Under the pieces are notes generated by a model that was not told the DNA's origin, made no database searches, and saw only the letters and a list, made by a program, of their open reading frames with translations. Source: Klebsormidium nitens (Eukaryota; Plantae; Klebsormidiophyceae). Taken from it: a stretch of 64,000 nt of DNA. Positions within the stretch are counted from its first letter, which is position 1, and every line of letters begins with the position of its first letter. The DNA is taken from the NCBI GenBank assembly GCA_000708835.1, contig DF237204.1, positions 1 through 64,000 on the forward strand. The letters run 5' to 3'. The position numbers and the translations under genes are program-made. Below are positions 16,005 through 28,930 of the stretch, piece by piece.

Positions 16005-17577
16005 TTAGAGGAGCTTCTTTGCAAACGCTCTTTTTCTGCAAACGTTCTTTTGCACTCCTGGGAAAGAAGTTCGCTTTTGTGTGCAGCGTGATTCGTTCAT
16101 TAGGCTTTCAACATCTGTGGGTATTGTGGTAGGTATGGTTCTGCAGTCTGGCCTGACACCTGTAGCAGTCCGCAGTCGTGTCAGTCTGTGGCCACAGTGT
16201 ACCGGTAGAGGCTGCTGCACATGTGGTGATTGGTCTGCCCGGCTCTGCCGCCATGGCAAGGTGCATGATGCACGCACGAGGGATGACACTAAATTGCCAG
16301 TAGAATCAGTCGACAACCTTAAATGCGAGGTTGGTGTCGAGGTGCCAACTACGAATGATGCTTTGCTACCCAGTGCAAGCCCTGGCACGTGCCCTACCCC
16401 GCCCAGCATTTTCGAAAATTGCGTGAGCAGCAGCTACCTAGAATCTAATTCTCTCACAAATCCGCTAGAGCACTGAGCAGTCGCAAGGTGACCCTTTGCG
16501 CTGAGCCTCAGGTGGCGTGGTGGGAATCAGAGAGATCAGCATCTGGATTGACGGGCCCTAGTGCTGCAGGGGAAGCGCAATTGAGTTCGAAGTTGGAGTT
16601 GCGACGCACCACACGCACCTGGTATTTACCTGGTAAGCTGCACAGAGCTATAATCAGGAAGAAAGTGTTGCAGGGGCAATTGCTATTGCACTCGTCGGTG
16701 CCGTCCTTGACTTTCTTAGGACTTGCCACGTGATGCTGATTTTCATAGGAGGAATGGAGCTTGTCTTCAAAGCCTAGGCTTTAATTCCTAAAACACAGAT
16801 GAACTTGTACGGGCAATCAGAAGTGGTTGGGATCGGTTGACGAGAGATCTGAGGGGGGTGGGAAATTGTCAGCACACTGTTTCCTGACAGTTTTGGCCAA
16901 ATTTTTTTCGACAGTAGGAACACTCTGGTTGCATTTACTGAGCTCTGTAGCCTGGCTTGCTTGCATCGAGTCTGCTATTAATGCACATTTTGTATTTTAA
17001 CCCTTGAAAACTGCTATCCCATCACCTTTGGCCGTTGCTTGTTGCGACCGTCGATGTACTCTTGCACAAGAAGGATCATTTCAAGATGTCAGTAAGTCAA
17101 TGTCTTTGAAAGTGTCAGCATCTGCCTACAGGTGCAGCCAATAAAGTTGCAGTATGAAAGATCCCTGTTGCATCAGATCGAAAGTGTCACCTCGATAGTT
17201 TGGAGATTGCCAGCTTTCGCACATATCACGAATATACTTATCTTGGCTGCAGATGAATGCGGCATTGAACCACTCCTTGTCTCCAAGGAGCGCGTCTTTT
17301 TTGCACTCACAGGATTCTGTGTGACACCATTGCTTAGCTGAAACCTCAATGCCTTTTCATCCTGGAGTTTCTACTTGCGGTTGCATTGCTGCTGCAACAT
17401 TTCAAAGCCCCTCCCGTCAAGGTGTGAACAGTGTGTTGGACATACAGTCTTTATCATGTCGAGACCATTCCATAATTTGGAATTGGAAGCCTCCATTCTC
17501 GGTTCTCAGTACAACAAAGAGCCTTCATACCGACAGTTGGAGTAATGGCGCTTCTGTTCCTGCAGAACTTTGCAAGG

Positions 17578-20500
17578 ATGGCTGATGGTGCTCCTCACGA
17601 GATGGCTCGGTCGCCAAGCAATGCCGAGATTGACACCTCGGCTCCCTTCCAGAATGTCAAGGGTAAGCAAACAGCTAATCAGCTTCGGGCTACTTCTGCA
17701 ATGCAATAAGTGCATAATATTCTTTGCGAGCGTTATACAGCCCTTAATATGTTGTAATGAGAAAGCTCTGCTTGGGAGTCGGACTTACCTAGGTATACCA
17801 AACCCAATGACAAGGAGATGTGAGATGTCACATCACCACAGTCCTGTTTGTGAGAGTCATTGTTGGGACGAATGTTTGAGCCAGAGTTTGTGTCACGCTT
17901 AAAGATACTCTGGAGTCAGGTTCAAGGTCATGAAACTTGCCAGAGTCACATGCTCTTCAGCCATGAATGTTATTGACGTACAACTACTATTTTCAACATG
18001 GCTGATTTTGCATTCTGCCATGAACTTGGAACAAGAGTTTGAGTGCTGAGGCCTTCACCAGAAGTGATCTTTGCAGCTGCAAGGAGCATGTTTGAGAATC
18101 CAGGGGAGAAGGGCAAGATACCAATGCCCTCGGCAGCCAGGAGCGGGTCAAACAAGTCAGGGGACTGGCTGACAAAGCAGGTTAGAAGCATTTCGTGCAT
18201 AGATTGGTTCCATGAACATTTATTCCAGAAAAGAACAGGTCCCAGTCGGCGTCTCAATTGGTTCGCCACAGTTAGTCCACTCAATCTGACCTGAGAAGCG
18301 CTTTGCCTGTGGTCAAGGAAGCGTCTTTGACGCGGCTACCAGGAGAATGGGTTGTCAACCAAATGAAATTGCACGGAGAAACACTTGTCCAAAAACCAGG
18401 AAACATTCATCCTGACGTTCTTCTGTGCAGCCAGCCAGAAGATTATTTGCCAAGCATTCAGAAGCCTTAACCATGACTTTCCCCCGCATTTGCTTACAAT
18501 CATTTACCAGGACTTGCGCTCTTGCTTGCAGCAAGGTTTTGTGTCCCCCCGAAGCCGAGGCAACTCCTTTGAAAAGCCACGGGCCGCCACTGTTGGAAGT
18601 CCTGACACGGCAACTTCAGAGTTTCGTTCCTATCTGAGCCCTTCCGCAAGCCTGGTGAGCATCTTGTCGTATGAGGTCATGCTCTTCTGTAAAGTCGGAT
18701 TGTCCTCGCTCTCTTGCCTCGCCAATTCCGTCTTTGTAGGAGTAGACCCTTCGCATGGCCAATTGGAACTGTAGTTTGTTAATTGAGCTTACTGTATCGG
18801 TCAGAGGGGGGCTTTTATCTATCAGAAGGCCGCCCGTGATCATGCGACATGCCTGTCTTGGCAAGCTGCTCAGCTGCTCAACGAAACTTCCTACCCTTCG
18901 GCGCTGTGAACTGGTCCTGTGCGCTCAAGAACAGTCAAGATCTCGTCACCATTTTCTTTTGTTGGAACCGAGTACTTTGTTTCGTTGATCTAGGCCCTGG
19001 TGCCCTGCCTGGGCATGGCAATCAGTCTTGAGGTCTGCCCTGGGGTTTTTGAAGACCAGACTTTGAAATGCACATTTTTTTGTTGCAGCCCGGCAATTCC
19101 CTTGAATTGCTTGGGGGCTCTCGATACAGGTTCCCTCGTTTCTGTGTCTGCCTCAGGAAGTATGAAGAACTTGGGCCTTTGAATTGACACGCTTCACAAC
19201 ACCGGTGCCAAGTTCTCAGCCGCTCAACTCTGCTCATTGCCAAACAGAAGGGCGAGAAGCTGGAAGCCGACCTGAAGGTGGCCCAGGTGCAGCTGGAGGA
19301 CGCGCAGAAGCGTGCGGCAGCCCTGCTGGAGTCTGGCGTTGAGGGGGAGGCGAAGCGCGTTGTGCTGGAGAAGGCATTGGCAGAGGCCCAGGAGGCGCTC
19401 CAGCAGCTTGAGCAGGTGATGCCAAATACTGGCCGCGCTTGCCGCTTTTCCTGTTGGCATTGAAGAGTTCCCCGAGCTTGTAGAGCCATCCCTGCACAAA
19501 TCGATTACAGGGACGAGGTCCGAGCTACTTTCGGGCAGGAGATGCATGTGTACCCTGTTGTGGGAGCCATTGACAAGAGGCAGATACAGTTCGAACCACG
19601 TTTTGGGAAGCACTTCGATGCGCTTCTTGCAGTTGAAACGCTGCCAGCTCCCTGAGATTGCATGGTTTTTTCCTCTTGTCGTACTGCATCCATGTGGACT
19701 GTTTGGGGCGGCTCCAGCCTCTTTCTAGGAACGTGGATGAGGCATTGGCTTCAAGAGACAACGCGGAAACTTTGACTAGCTTATTTAGTTAGCTTGATTA
19801 GCTTCTTCTAACCAAACCACAACTTGATACCTGCAGAAGCTTGCCCAAGAGCAAGCGAGCCACAAGCAGGCGGTGGAGAGTGCAGAGGCTGAGCTCAAGA
19901 AGCTGCAGACGGCCCTGGCAAAGAGCGAGGCTGATCATAGGGACAAGATCAACCAGGTGGAAGCGGCCCTGACAGCGATGCAGGTGAGGCCAACCGCAGA
20001 GTCAATTCTCAGCCTCCTCTCTTTGAAGGTGTGTTTGAGAAGCAACCAAGGCCCTGCCAGATCTTTGCAAAGGCTTCCCTTACCGCTAAATGCTTTGTGT
20101 AATCAAAGAAGGTACATCACTGTGGGACTCTCTTCGGTCGCTAGCAAGGGGGTACTGGGATGCTCTTGCCATCAGTGGGTTGCAATCTCAAAGTTCGCTA
20201 ATCTCCCCCCCCCGACTTGCCAGGTGCGTCCGTCATTTGGCTCCCCTAGAGGAAACCGGTAGCAATTGAAACCAACGAAACCAAGTGCCTGCCAGATGTC
20301 ACCATGTTGGAAGAATTCCTTCTGATAAGGGCTAAAAGCGTGGCTCACGAGAGTGTTTTCTTGACAAGATAGGTTTCGTAACTTTTATGTCACCCTGCAC
20401 GATGCAATTGACAGAGTCGAAGGTTGAACCGCGTTGCTGTATTCTTCTGCAGACCACGAACGATGCCCACAGCGCCACGCAAGACCAGCTCGCTGCCACC

Positions 20501-23457
20501 AACGCCGACCTCGCTGCCGCCAGAACCGAGTTGGCTACCGCCAAGGCCCGTGCTGAGGAAGCTCTCACGCAAACCAAGAAGCACGAGGAGGCTTCAAGAG
20601 CCTCGGAGGCCGCGTTGGCAGTTGCAGAGAAGAAGGCAGCGGACGCGCTGGCGAGCGCACACGTGGCGCGGCAAGCAGAGGAGCAAGTGAAGAAGGAGGT
20701 GGCAGCGGCGCTGTCAGAAGTGGAGCTCGCGAAAAAGGCGAACGCGACGTTGGAAAGCAGGTGAGCGATGTCGTGCTGTGTTGGGTTCGAGTAGCTTCGA
20801 GAGAAGGGAATCTGTGTTTTCCCATGTGGCGTCTGGGAAGTGGCTCCGTACACCGTACACCTTCTCTTGCGCTGGTTACGGGAGACAATCGGGTCGAGGG
20901 TGCAGGACATCAATTTTGATTTGCTGCATAGATGGTGCACATTTGTAGGCATATTTGTAAGCAAAAGTCCAAAAAGCTTGCATAATCTAATGGCAGACAA
21001 ACAACGTTTATCAATCTGTAAAGGCAACGGCTTCTTTACAGTTCGCTCCCTTTGCAGGCTGGATGCCGCCTCCAAGGAGCTGGAACTCGCAAAGCACGCA
21101 GAGGAGCTTGCCAGAAGACGTGCGGCGGAGGAGCAGGCTGCGCGGGAAAAGGAGAAAGTAGGTGAGCGGCAAAGAGGGTGGGACACTCAGCACGAGTTTG
21201 CGAGCTCGGCTTTCGACCAAATTTCTTGTCGCGGCTGCTGAATCACCTGTCTTGCAGGGAAGATATATAGGAGTGGGCGAAGACACTATCTGACATCCAG
21301 GGAAAATTTCTGAGCGCGGTCTGCTCGATGACGATTGAGAGATGACTCATAGCAGCACGCAGGTGTTTACATGAGTAGACAATGTTTGGAATTTGGCAAA
21401 CCGCGCAGGGTAGACTTGAGGAGCGAAAGGTCAGCATGCAAGTCGACTTTCCAGTTATCAGATGCTGCTAGACCTCGCTACTATGCTTATGCTGTGCTGT
21501 AGAATGCAGGGACGAGTCTCGGGTCGACGCTTCCAGGAGTCTTCTCGCCGCAGCCCTCAAACGACTTCACTCTTCCCTTCCTTGCTCACTTATTATCAGG
21601 CCCACATCACCTTTGGCCCGCTTTTTAAAGAGTCTTTTCACTGATTCTTTCAGCACCGTTACATCCAATCACCTGGTTTTCAGAACAACACGTGGATGAC
21701 TAATTGAACAGTAATTTTCACTTCGCTCCAGAATCCACAACGGCACCCGTCTTGGAGACGAAGTCGTCGATGTCCGCCGCATACGAGGACGAGCTGAGCA
21801 GATTCCAGGGCCGGTTGGCGGAGGCGGAGGAGCTCGCGGACAAGCGGGTTGCAGCCGTGACGGCGCAGTTGGATGCGGCCAAACGGGCAGACGAAGAGAC
21901 CAAGGCTAAGGTGGGGATCGCAATCTCCCCTACCTTTTTGTGGTTCTTTGGCTTGATATGTTGTCATGCGCGCGCAGCGGCCTCGCTTCACTCCGCGGGA
22001 CGTGTGAAGCGAGGTCGAGAGTCAAATCCGGAAGGTCAGGCGTTTCCGTTTTTCGTGACTTCAGATGCTGCTTTTCAGAGAGCTTACGTTCCAGGAGTCG
22101 GAGTTGGATGCAAAAGATCTGTCGAGATCCACCCTGAGGATATTATTGTGTTCAGAAGTCGACCCAAGCAATTGTTAAAAGGAAACAAGCAGTCTGCTTC
22201 ATTGCCTACCTTTTGGACGGACCTAGAGACTTGGACATCGCTTCTCGTCTTCCTTCCAGCAGTCCTTGCCACAAGGTTACGACTGAAGTCAACGTGAGCG
22301 AAACCAAAATGCTTTGCTCTACTTTTCAAGCGCACGGGCAATGTCACCCTTCGAATCCGCTCCTTCTCGATCAGTGGGTCAACATCTATTCGTAGAACCA
22401 CATGGAAAGTGTCAACCGCTACTGGTCACTGAAAGGCAACCCCGAAAGTACCACCTTTGGTCGCTTCTGTCCAGGTGGAGGCACTTTCGGCCGAGATCGC
22501 AGCCGCAAAATCTGCTGAGAGCAGTACAAAACAGAAGTTGGAGGCCGTACTGGTGGAAGCAGAGCAAGCAAAGAAAGCGCTGCAAGCGGAGAGCGACAAG
22601 GTGAGTTCGACTCATAGTTGTCGTCGTTCCTATGTTCCTACGTTCCTAGAAGGTGCAGATTATTCAGGCGCAGGTTCTCAATTCTAAGAACTTGCTTTGC
22701 AAAGGTTCCGCTTTCAACCCAGTTGCGATGACTCGGTAGATGTCTGCTTGCACTCAGGGCCGCTCAGGAGGGAATCAAAATCTGATAGCTTGCTGTTTGT
22801 GACTTTACTGTAACACGTCTTTGCCAAAAGTGTCAAGTCCGCTTCTATTTGAGTGTGCCCTGGAGACTATCCTTGCTTGTTGCTATACTACCATCCCTGT
22901 GCCTGCGGAGGCTACCCGTGCGAGCTTTTGAGGAGCTCGCAAGAGGAACACCTAAACGGTTGTGTCGGCTTTTGGGTCGGGAGATCGAGTTGCCAGAAGA
23001 GTAGAAGTATTCACACGACTCTTTAACCGAGTCATTGGACTTATCTGTTCAGATTCAAAACTTCATTTGAGCGAACCGCTTTTAACTTGCTGAGGAGATT
23101 TTTCTGAACGTGCACCAGGCTCACGATGCTGGAGTCACCGGAGCCATTGCGCATGCCAAAGGAGAGGAGGCGCTCCAGAAGCTTGCGGCAGTTCAAAAAG
23201 AAAGAGACGGTTTAAAAGCCGAGTTGATCGAGTTGAAAAGAAGAAGCGTTGCAGCTCCGACCACGAGCAGTGCGCAGAACGGCGGTCAGCCGGCCCAAAA
23301 AGGATCACAAAGTTCTGGGGACAGGAGTGGCCAGGTTACCGTGGCTTCCGAGATTTCAGAGGAAGTTGCGCACAGTTCGAAACCTTCGGCTAAGCCGGAC
23401 TTGCAGCAAGAAGCGCCTGACAAGAAGTCCCAACCAGCATGCTGTATTGTGATGTAG
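17578..23457 (+). CDS. WEB1/PMI2 (DUF827)-like coiled-coil protein with C-terminal CaaX box; exons ~17578-17662, 18077-18180, 18532-18654, 19248-19415, 19837-19983, 20453-20760, 21058-21161, 21732-21910, 22475-22600, 23119-23457
   Basis: N-terminal AEIDTSAPFQNVKAARSMF (across the exon 1/2 junction) resembles the WEB-family signature EIDTxAPFxSVKEAVxxF. Long A/E/K/L heptad exons follow. The protein ends ...SQPACCIVM*. Confidence 0.8.
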
Positions 23458-23774
23458 GACCGTTTCGCTGGATTATTGAGGAGGTCTGTCCTCGAACGCT
23501 ATCATGTTACGTACGAGACGAAAACCAGTTGCGTTGCCTTCGTTGGGGAATCGGGGTTCTCGACAGCCCACGTTCCACTTTATCACTGAAATTGTACAGC
23601 AGGTTGGCTTGCTACTCACATGTGGCCTGTCGTTATGCAACGAGGGCCGCAGATTTACTATGACGAGCGAACTTTGATGACAGCTCCAACATGCAGCTTG
23701 CTGGAGCTAGCCTGCACACACGATCTCTGTGACTCCTGCAATCAATTGGACTTGCACTTGCCAGGCAGCAGGGC

Positions 23775-23852
23775 GGCCTCAAAGCTGAGCGGGTAGTTTG
23801 ATCGGAGTCCGTAGGCCTCAAAGCTGAGCGGGTAGTTTGATTGGAATCCGTA
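23775..23852 (+). repeat. 39-bp tandem duplication
   Basis: ggcctcaaagctgagcgggtagtttgatcggagtccgta followed directly by ggcctcaaagctgagcgggtagtttgattggaatccgta (2 mismatches). Confidence 0.95.
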
Positions 23853-24965
23853 TAGTGCGCGGTGCACGGAATTGCATTAACATACCGCTTTCAACATTCT
23901 GCAATACCGTATCCATGTCGAAGCTCGACATTGTGCGCCGCGCTCGGACAGGGCTCATTTCCGTGAATTCAGGTACAGGTTGAGGGAAACCGCTGACACA
24001 CAAATGAAGTTGTCATTCAGCGAAGCACAGGCCCATGGGGAGTGTACATGTATAGCATATGGCATGGTCGGACATATCGAACGCTGGCCGCCACCAAGTG
24101 TTGTACTCGATTTAAAGGACTTCGTCACCAGGTTTTTCTAACAATGAAAGTTACATTTAACAAGCTAGATCAGCCGTCCACGCAGGTACGTTCGTATATG
24201 CATGGATTTCCAGTTTTCAGTGCGTAGTTATTTGTTGATGGTGTTATACTTCGGTTGCGAGCTGAATGGTTTGGCTTTGATAAAGCAGTTCAATGAATTT
24301 GCCAGCGATAAGCCTAGAGAGTTTGAATTCGAGTTTTGTTTATTTTTTCAAGTTGATTATCGTTCTCACATTCAGGAAACATGATCAAACTTTGATGACA
24401 TATCCATAATTCATCTGTTGACGGACGGAGTACCATTCTTCATCACCAGACAAAGTATCAATATAATTTAGAAGCATCATTGTTTCAACCGATTGAATGT
24501 AGAAGGATAACATCAGCTAGACAATGAAGATGTCGTGGAAAAAACGAATCCCTTTTGAGAAAGATCGGTTGGTGTCAGGAGCACTTTCGAACTCCAAAAT
24601 TGTTTATCTACAAGATATGCTACAGATTTACCCAATTCCACGTCACTACTCTACACTTTGAGACCCAACACGTTGCGCAGGCTTTCCCGTTCGTGCTTAC
24701 AAATTTTCCGATTTTTCTACTTACTTCACATTGATCGACGTACACAGCTAATAACCATCACCCCGTCACCACCATGTTATGTATCACTTCAACAGGTCTC
24801 TGCTATACCACCTGTCCAACGGCACTGGCACTCGACAACACATCCTAGTCTGCAGAGAGTATTAATCTTTTACAACTTTATCCTTGCCCTTTTAACTGCC
24901 AAGTAGCTGCAACTGCCTAATTTGTTGCCATGGCACTACAGATTTCCACCTACCTAGCCAGTTCT

Positions 24966-27900
24966 CTAGTGGTGCCCAGTCAGCTTTTCCTCAATCTTCT
25001 TGAAGAAGCCTTTCTTCTCGTGGTGCTCGGTGGCAGCCGCTGTCGCACCCGCCTCGCCCGGTGCGGGACGCCCAGTCAGGTTAGGTGACGGACCCGGGTG
25101 AGTTGTCCCCGTGGTGTGAGGAGCCACCCCAGTTCCGGCCCCAGTCATATGTCCCAGACCGGTTCCGGTCATTCCGGTTCCGGTCACGTTGTGGCCAGTT
25201 CCCATCCCGGTGTGACCAAGTCCAGCGTCGTGGGACAGCGCTGTGCGACCGGTTCCAGTCACCGGGCCGCCCATCCCAGTTCCATAGCCGGTACCGGTCT
25301 GCGTTCCGGTCAATCCGGCGCCGCTCATGTGGGCGACTCCAGTTCCGGTTGTTGCTCCGGCCATCTCCCCGGTGCGGCGGTGCGACTTCTTGTGGCCGCC
25401 GGGCATCTTGGACTTGATCTTGTCGCCCAAGCTCTGTCCGCCTGCACCCTCCTCGTCGGAGGAGCTGCTGCTGGAGCTGCTGGAGCTTCCAGTCCGCTGG
25501 AGGCCGGTCGTTCCCGTAGTGCCCATCATGTGGGGAGCGCCCTTGTGCGTGTACTCGTCAACCTCCTGCTCGCAGTACCTGGAGAAGGGGGGAAGGGACG
25601 TGTCAATGGTGAGTGCATTTCGACGAAGCTGCACCACTCAAAAAGGACGACGAATTCTTGCAGTGAAAGCGAACTAGATTAGCGTTTAGTTGGTATGTGT
25701 TACTTCGGTTTCGCACATCATATGCTGAGCGGGCTCTTCGATTTCGCACTTCTTGAATTCAAAGGACAACGCATCGTCAATACGAGCCCGATCCAATCGC
25801 TATCGTTGTAGGGATTGTATCACCAGTACGCTCCCGTTACACATAAGGGTGCACTTGTGGGTAATTTATTGTTCAGAGAGATCCAAATTATGGGGACTCG
25901 AGGTTACACATTTTGTTCTTGAAACCGTCTTGTTCGTGGACAAGACTGTTTCATGATGGAGAATTCCGACGACAGTGAAAAGTTCGACCCGAAAATTGAT
26001 GAGAGGTGTTTTAATATTGTGTATCAGTTTCAACCAAGAAGCACCATTGGCCCGAACAAATGTGTGGAAACGCCCGAATTGGAGACTGATAAAAAAATGG
26101 TGCAAACACGGCCAAGAATTCTTGACGTTCGAAAAGAACCGCAAACTTAAGATGAACACATCAAACGATGGTCTGCTCAAAAGAAGAGCGACTGCCTGAC
26201 ACTCACTTGCCAGTGGGCACCTGCACCTGGCGCTGCACGGGCACCTCGGTCACATGGGGCACTCTGACGCGCTCCTGGACCTCCTCACGAACGACACGTG
26301 GCACTGTCTCGGTCTTGGTCACAGGGACCTGCTCCACGATCTTCTCAGTGTACGGGACTTGCACCCTCTCCTCGACCACACTGCAGGATATACGAGCAGT
26401 GGAGTTCATGCTTTCGCATCCAGATTTCTCGCAAAGTTCGTGATGAGGCACCGAACTGAAGCAAGTTGTATGTTGTCAATACCATTCAATGATTCTATGA
26501 TTTCTGCGCTCGGCAAATTTCCATCTTCAATTCTTAAAACTTCGAACATTTCCATCTTCAGATGTTCGAAGTTTGAGTTACTTCGAAGTCCAAAGGAGTC
26601 TACCACAGGAGTCATGGCTCCTTTCGGGGGCAAACACACATGCACGAGCATGGCAACTGGTACCTCAAGTATGCAGTGACAGTTCCGAGACAAATCAGGC
26701 ATTTGTGCGAAGCGACTGCTCGTTAAAGCGATCAAGAACTTTTCGTTTGGGTGGGTACTTCGAACGTCTGAAGTCGAGCGTTCAAAACTTATCATGAAGA
26801 GGTCTAACCAGCTGAATTCTGAGCATACGTGGTGGGCCACTACATGCGAAGTATCCAGCAAGAAACACGTAGGAGGTCCTTTTCTTGGACACTGCCAGGA
26901 GCCTTCCAAGAGAAGGCGTCTTAAAAATTCGCCTCACCGGTGGCGAATCTCCTCCCTCGTCCTGGGCACCTCCTTGACACGTGGCACGGTGTGGGTCACC
27001 TCCTTCTCTTCCTGCACCACGCGCGAGCGCGGCACAGTGCGCACCTCCTCGCGTTCCTCCAGCTTCTTCACATAGTCAGTTTTGGTCACAGTCTTCATCT
27101 CGGGAACCTTCTCGATGATGTTCACGTGTGTCTCGAACTCCTTAGGCTGCATATGGAAATGCGTTGTCAGTTTCTGTTCATTTTCTCTAAATACTTTCCC
27201 CTGTCTACTTCTCCTGATCATCTAAGACAGACAATTAAAAAACCTCTGACAAGAAGCAGAGGGAGGCGCAATTGCGGGGCAAACATGAAGCTTGCGGTTC
27301 AGAGTTTGACAGTAGAAGTAACTTGAGTGTGCATTCGCACTCTGATAAAACATCGGTCTCTCTACCAAGCAATTGCTATCTCATTCTGTCAATAGGAAAT
27401 TCCTATGCTATCCCTCCATCCCTTCCTGTCAGGAAACTTATCTCGTTCACATATGACCTTCCATACAAATGATATATTTCTCTTCATACCATGTGATTAA
27501 GTACAAGAGCTGTCATGAACCTTGCTTTCAGCGTCATGGGTGACATGGGTGAGTACTGGGAATTGCAAATTCTTTCTGCCAAACTTTGTCCAATTTTGAC
27601 AAAGTTACTGAACCTCTTCTTTCTAAGGTTCACTCATCAATTTGCACACGCTCAGAGACCCAACTTCCAAGAACCCCAGTGCCAATTGGTCGCGGCCAGC
27701 ATGCATACTTCAGTATTTGTCTGCACAACTGAAATGCAGCTCCAACATTGACCATGTCCAATTTGGCAGAGTAGAGGGACTTCTTAGCCATCTGTCAGTC
27801 CACCTGTCAGACTCCGTTGTGTGCTTGTAAGATACTCACCAGGTTTGTTGTGGCAGGGTTGGCGCAGTACCCCTCCGACTCCCCCGTGGTGCGGGTGTTG

Positions 27901-28010
27901 AAGCCAGTCCCCATCTGGCCCCTCCCCTGCTCCTCAAACCGGCCGGCGCCCATGTTGCCTGGGGCCATGTTTGCCCTCTCATAACCGCTCAGGTTCTCGC
28001 GCTGAGCCAT
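24966..28010 (-). CDS. Dehydrin-like (LEA2) protein with internal articulin/alveolin-like V/E/P repeat block; exons 28010-27840, 27146-26938, 26380-26207, 25578-24966 (~388 aa)
   Basis: The four exons join in phase (0, 2, 2) with GT-AG ends. The last exon has a Y-like segment (DEYTHK), an S-segment (SSSSSSSSSDEEG), two K-segments (SLGDKIKSKMPGGH; EKKGFFKKIEEKLTGHH*) and G/T-rich spacer repeats. Exons 2-3 encode EKVPEMKTV...VPRVKEVP...VQVPYTEKIVEQVPV...VPHVTEVPVQRQVQVP. Confidence 0.85.
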
Positions 28011-28659
28011 CTTGCAATTCGGGTGCTTCTTACAAAGGTGGAAGAAACTGTTGCAGCAGGTCGTTCGTAGCGAATTCAAGAGCTGCTAGCGGCTTCTGAA
28101 CGTTTTTGTATTCTTGCGACGTTGCTTCAATTGTTGAACGAGAACGTAAGGCAATTGGATTTTGCTTGGTGCCAGTACTGGTAGAAGTAGGTACCAATTG
28201 CAGGCTTCTGCGACTCTCTGTGCAATACACTCAACAGGAGGAAACAGGCTGGGTTGATGCGGATTGGGCAGCACAACCACGGGTCCTCGGCATTCCTGTT
28301 TTCTCACTGGCTGCATGGCGTGTATGATGCGCGCCTGGCTTTGCATGCATGGCAGCGCATCGCGACTTTATCTGATGTCACTGCCACTGACAGATCACAG
28401 GAACTCCCTCAGCAGGATTTCACCCGGAGGTCCAGGATGATAACACTCTCTGAGAAGGATTTTCAGGCGGGCCTGTACGTTGCGAATGAGCTCGTCAAGA
28501 AGAATTCACACTTGAGCTCTGGGCTTCGGTGTCTGGACGAAAGCCTGCCTCTTGAAGTGCCACCTGTCAGTGGTCCTGCCACTTGGCACGCTTCAGGAGC
28601 CTGAATCGCTGAGTCACTTTGAGCGGCGGCTGTGGCCGCCCGCGGCCCCGATGATGGAC

Positions 28660-28930
28660 ATGGTCACGTGCCTAGGCTGCCGTTGGTACCTACATATCAC
28701 GCGTTGAATCTCATATGCGGCCGCGCAGCCTTAGGCTAAGTTGCCGCCCGGGGTCGCAACCCGGCGCGCCACAAGAAGCTACAGTACCGGTGGTACGGTA
28801 CGTACGTGCGGCCTGATCGAGCCTATGTGAGCCTACGTGAGCATGCCAGCTTATTGATGCTCGGAAACCGGCGGCGGCCCTGATCCTGACTACCGTATGT
28901 TTGAAAGCACAAGGAGTCAGGACGTGCTCA
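28660..28930. promoter_or_regulatory. ACGTG (ABRE/G-box core) cluster upstream of the dehydrin-like gene
   Basis: CACGTG 28665-70; ACGTG at 28804, 28835 and 28922; GC-rich tract 28621-28650. Confidence 0.4.

Noticed and set aside
23775-23852. Possible CRISPR-like repeat
   Set aside because: Two directly adjacent copies with no spacer, in a eukaryotic context.
25085-25682. Plus-strand ORFs over the dehydrin exon
   Set aside because: Antisense shadows of a GC-rich repetitive exon.
28254-28604. 116-aa plus-strand ORF upstream of the dehydrin-like gene
   Set aside because: No recognisable motif or linked exons; could be an isolated exon but is unsupported.
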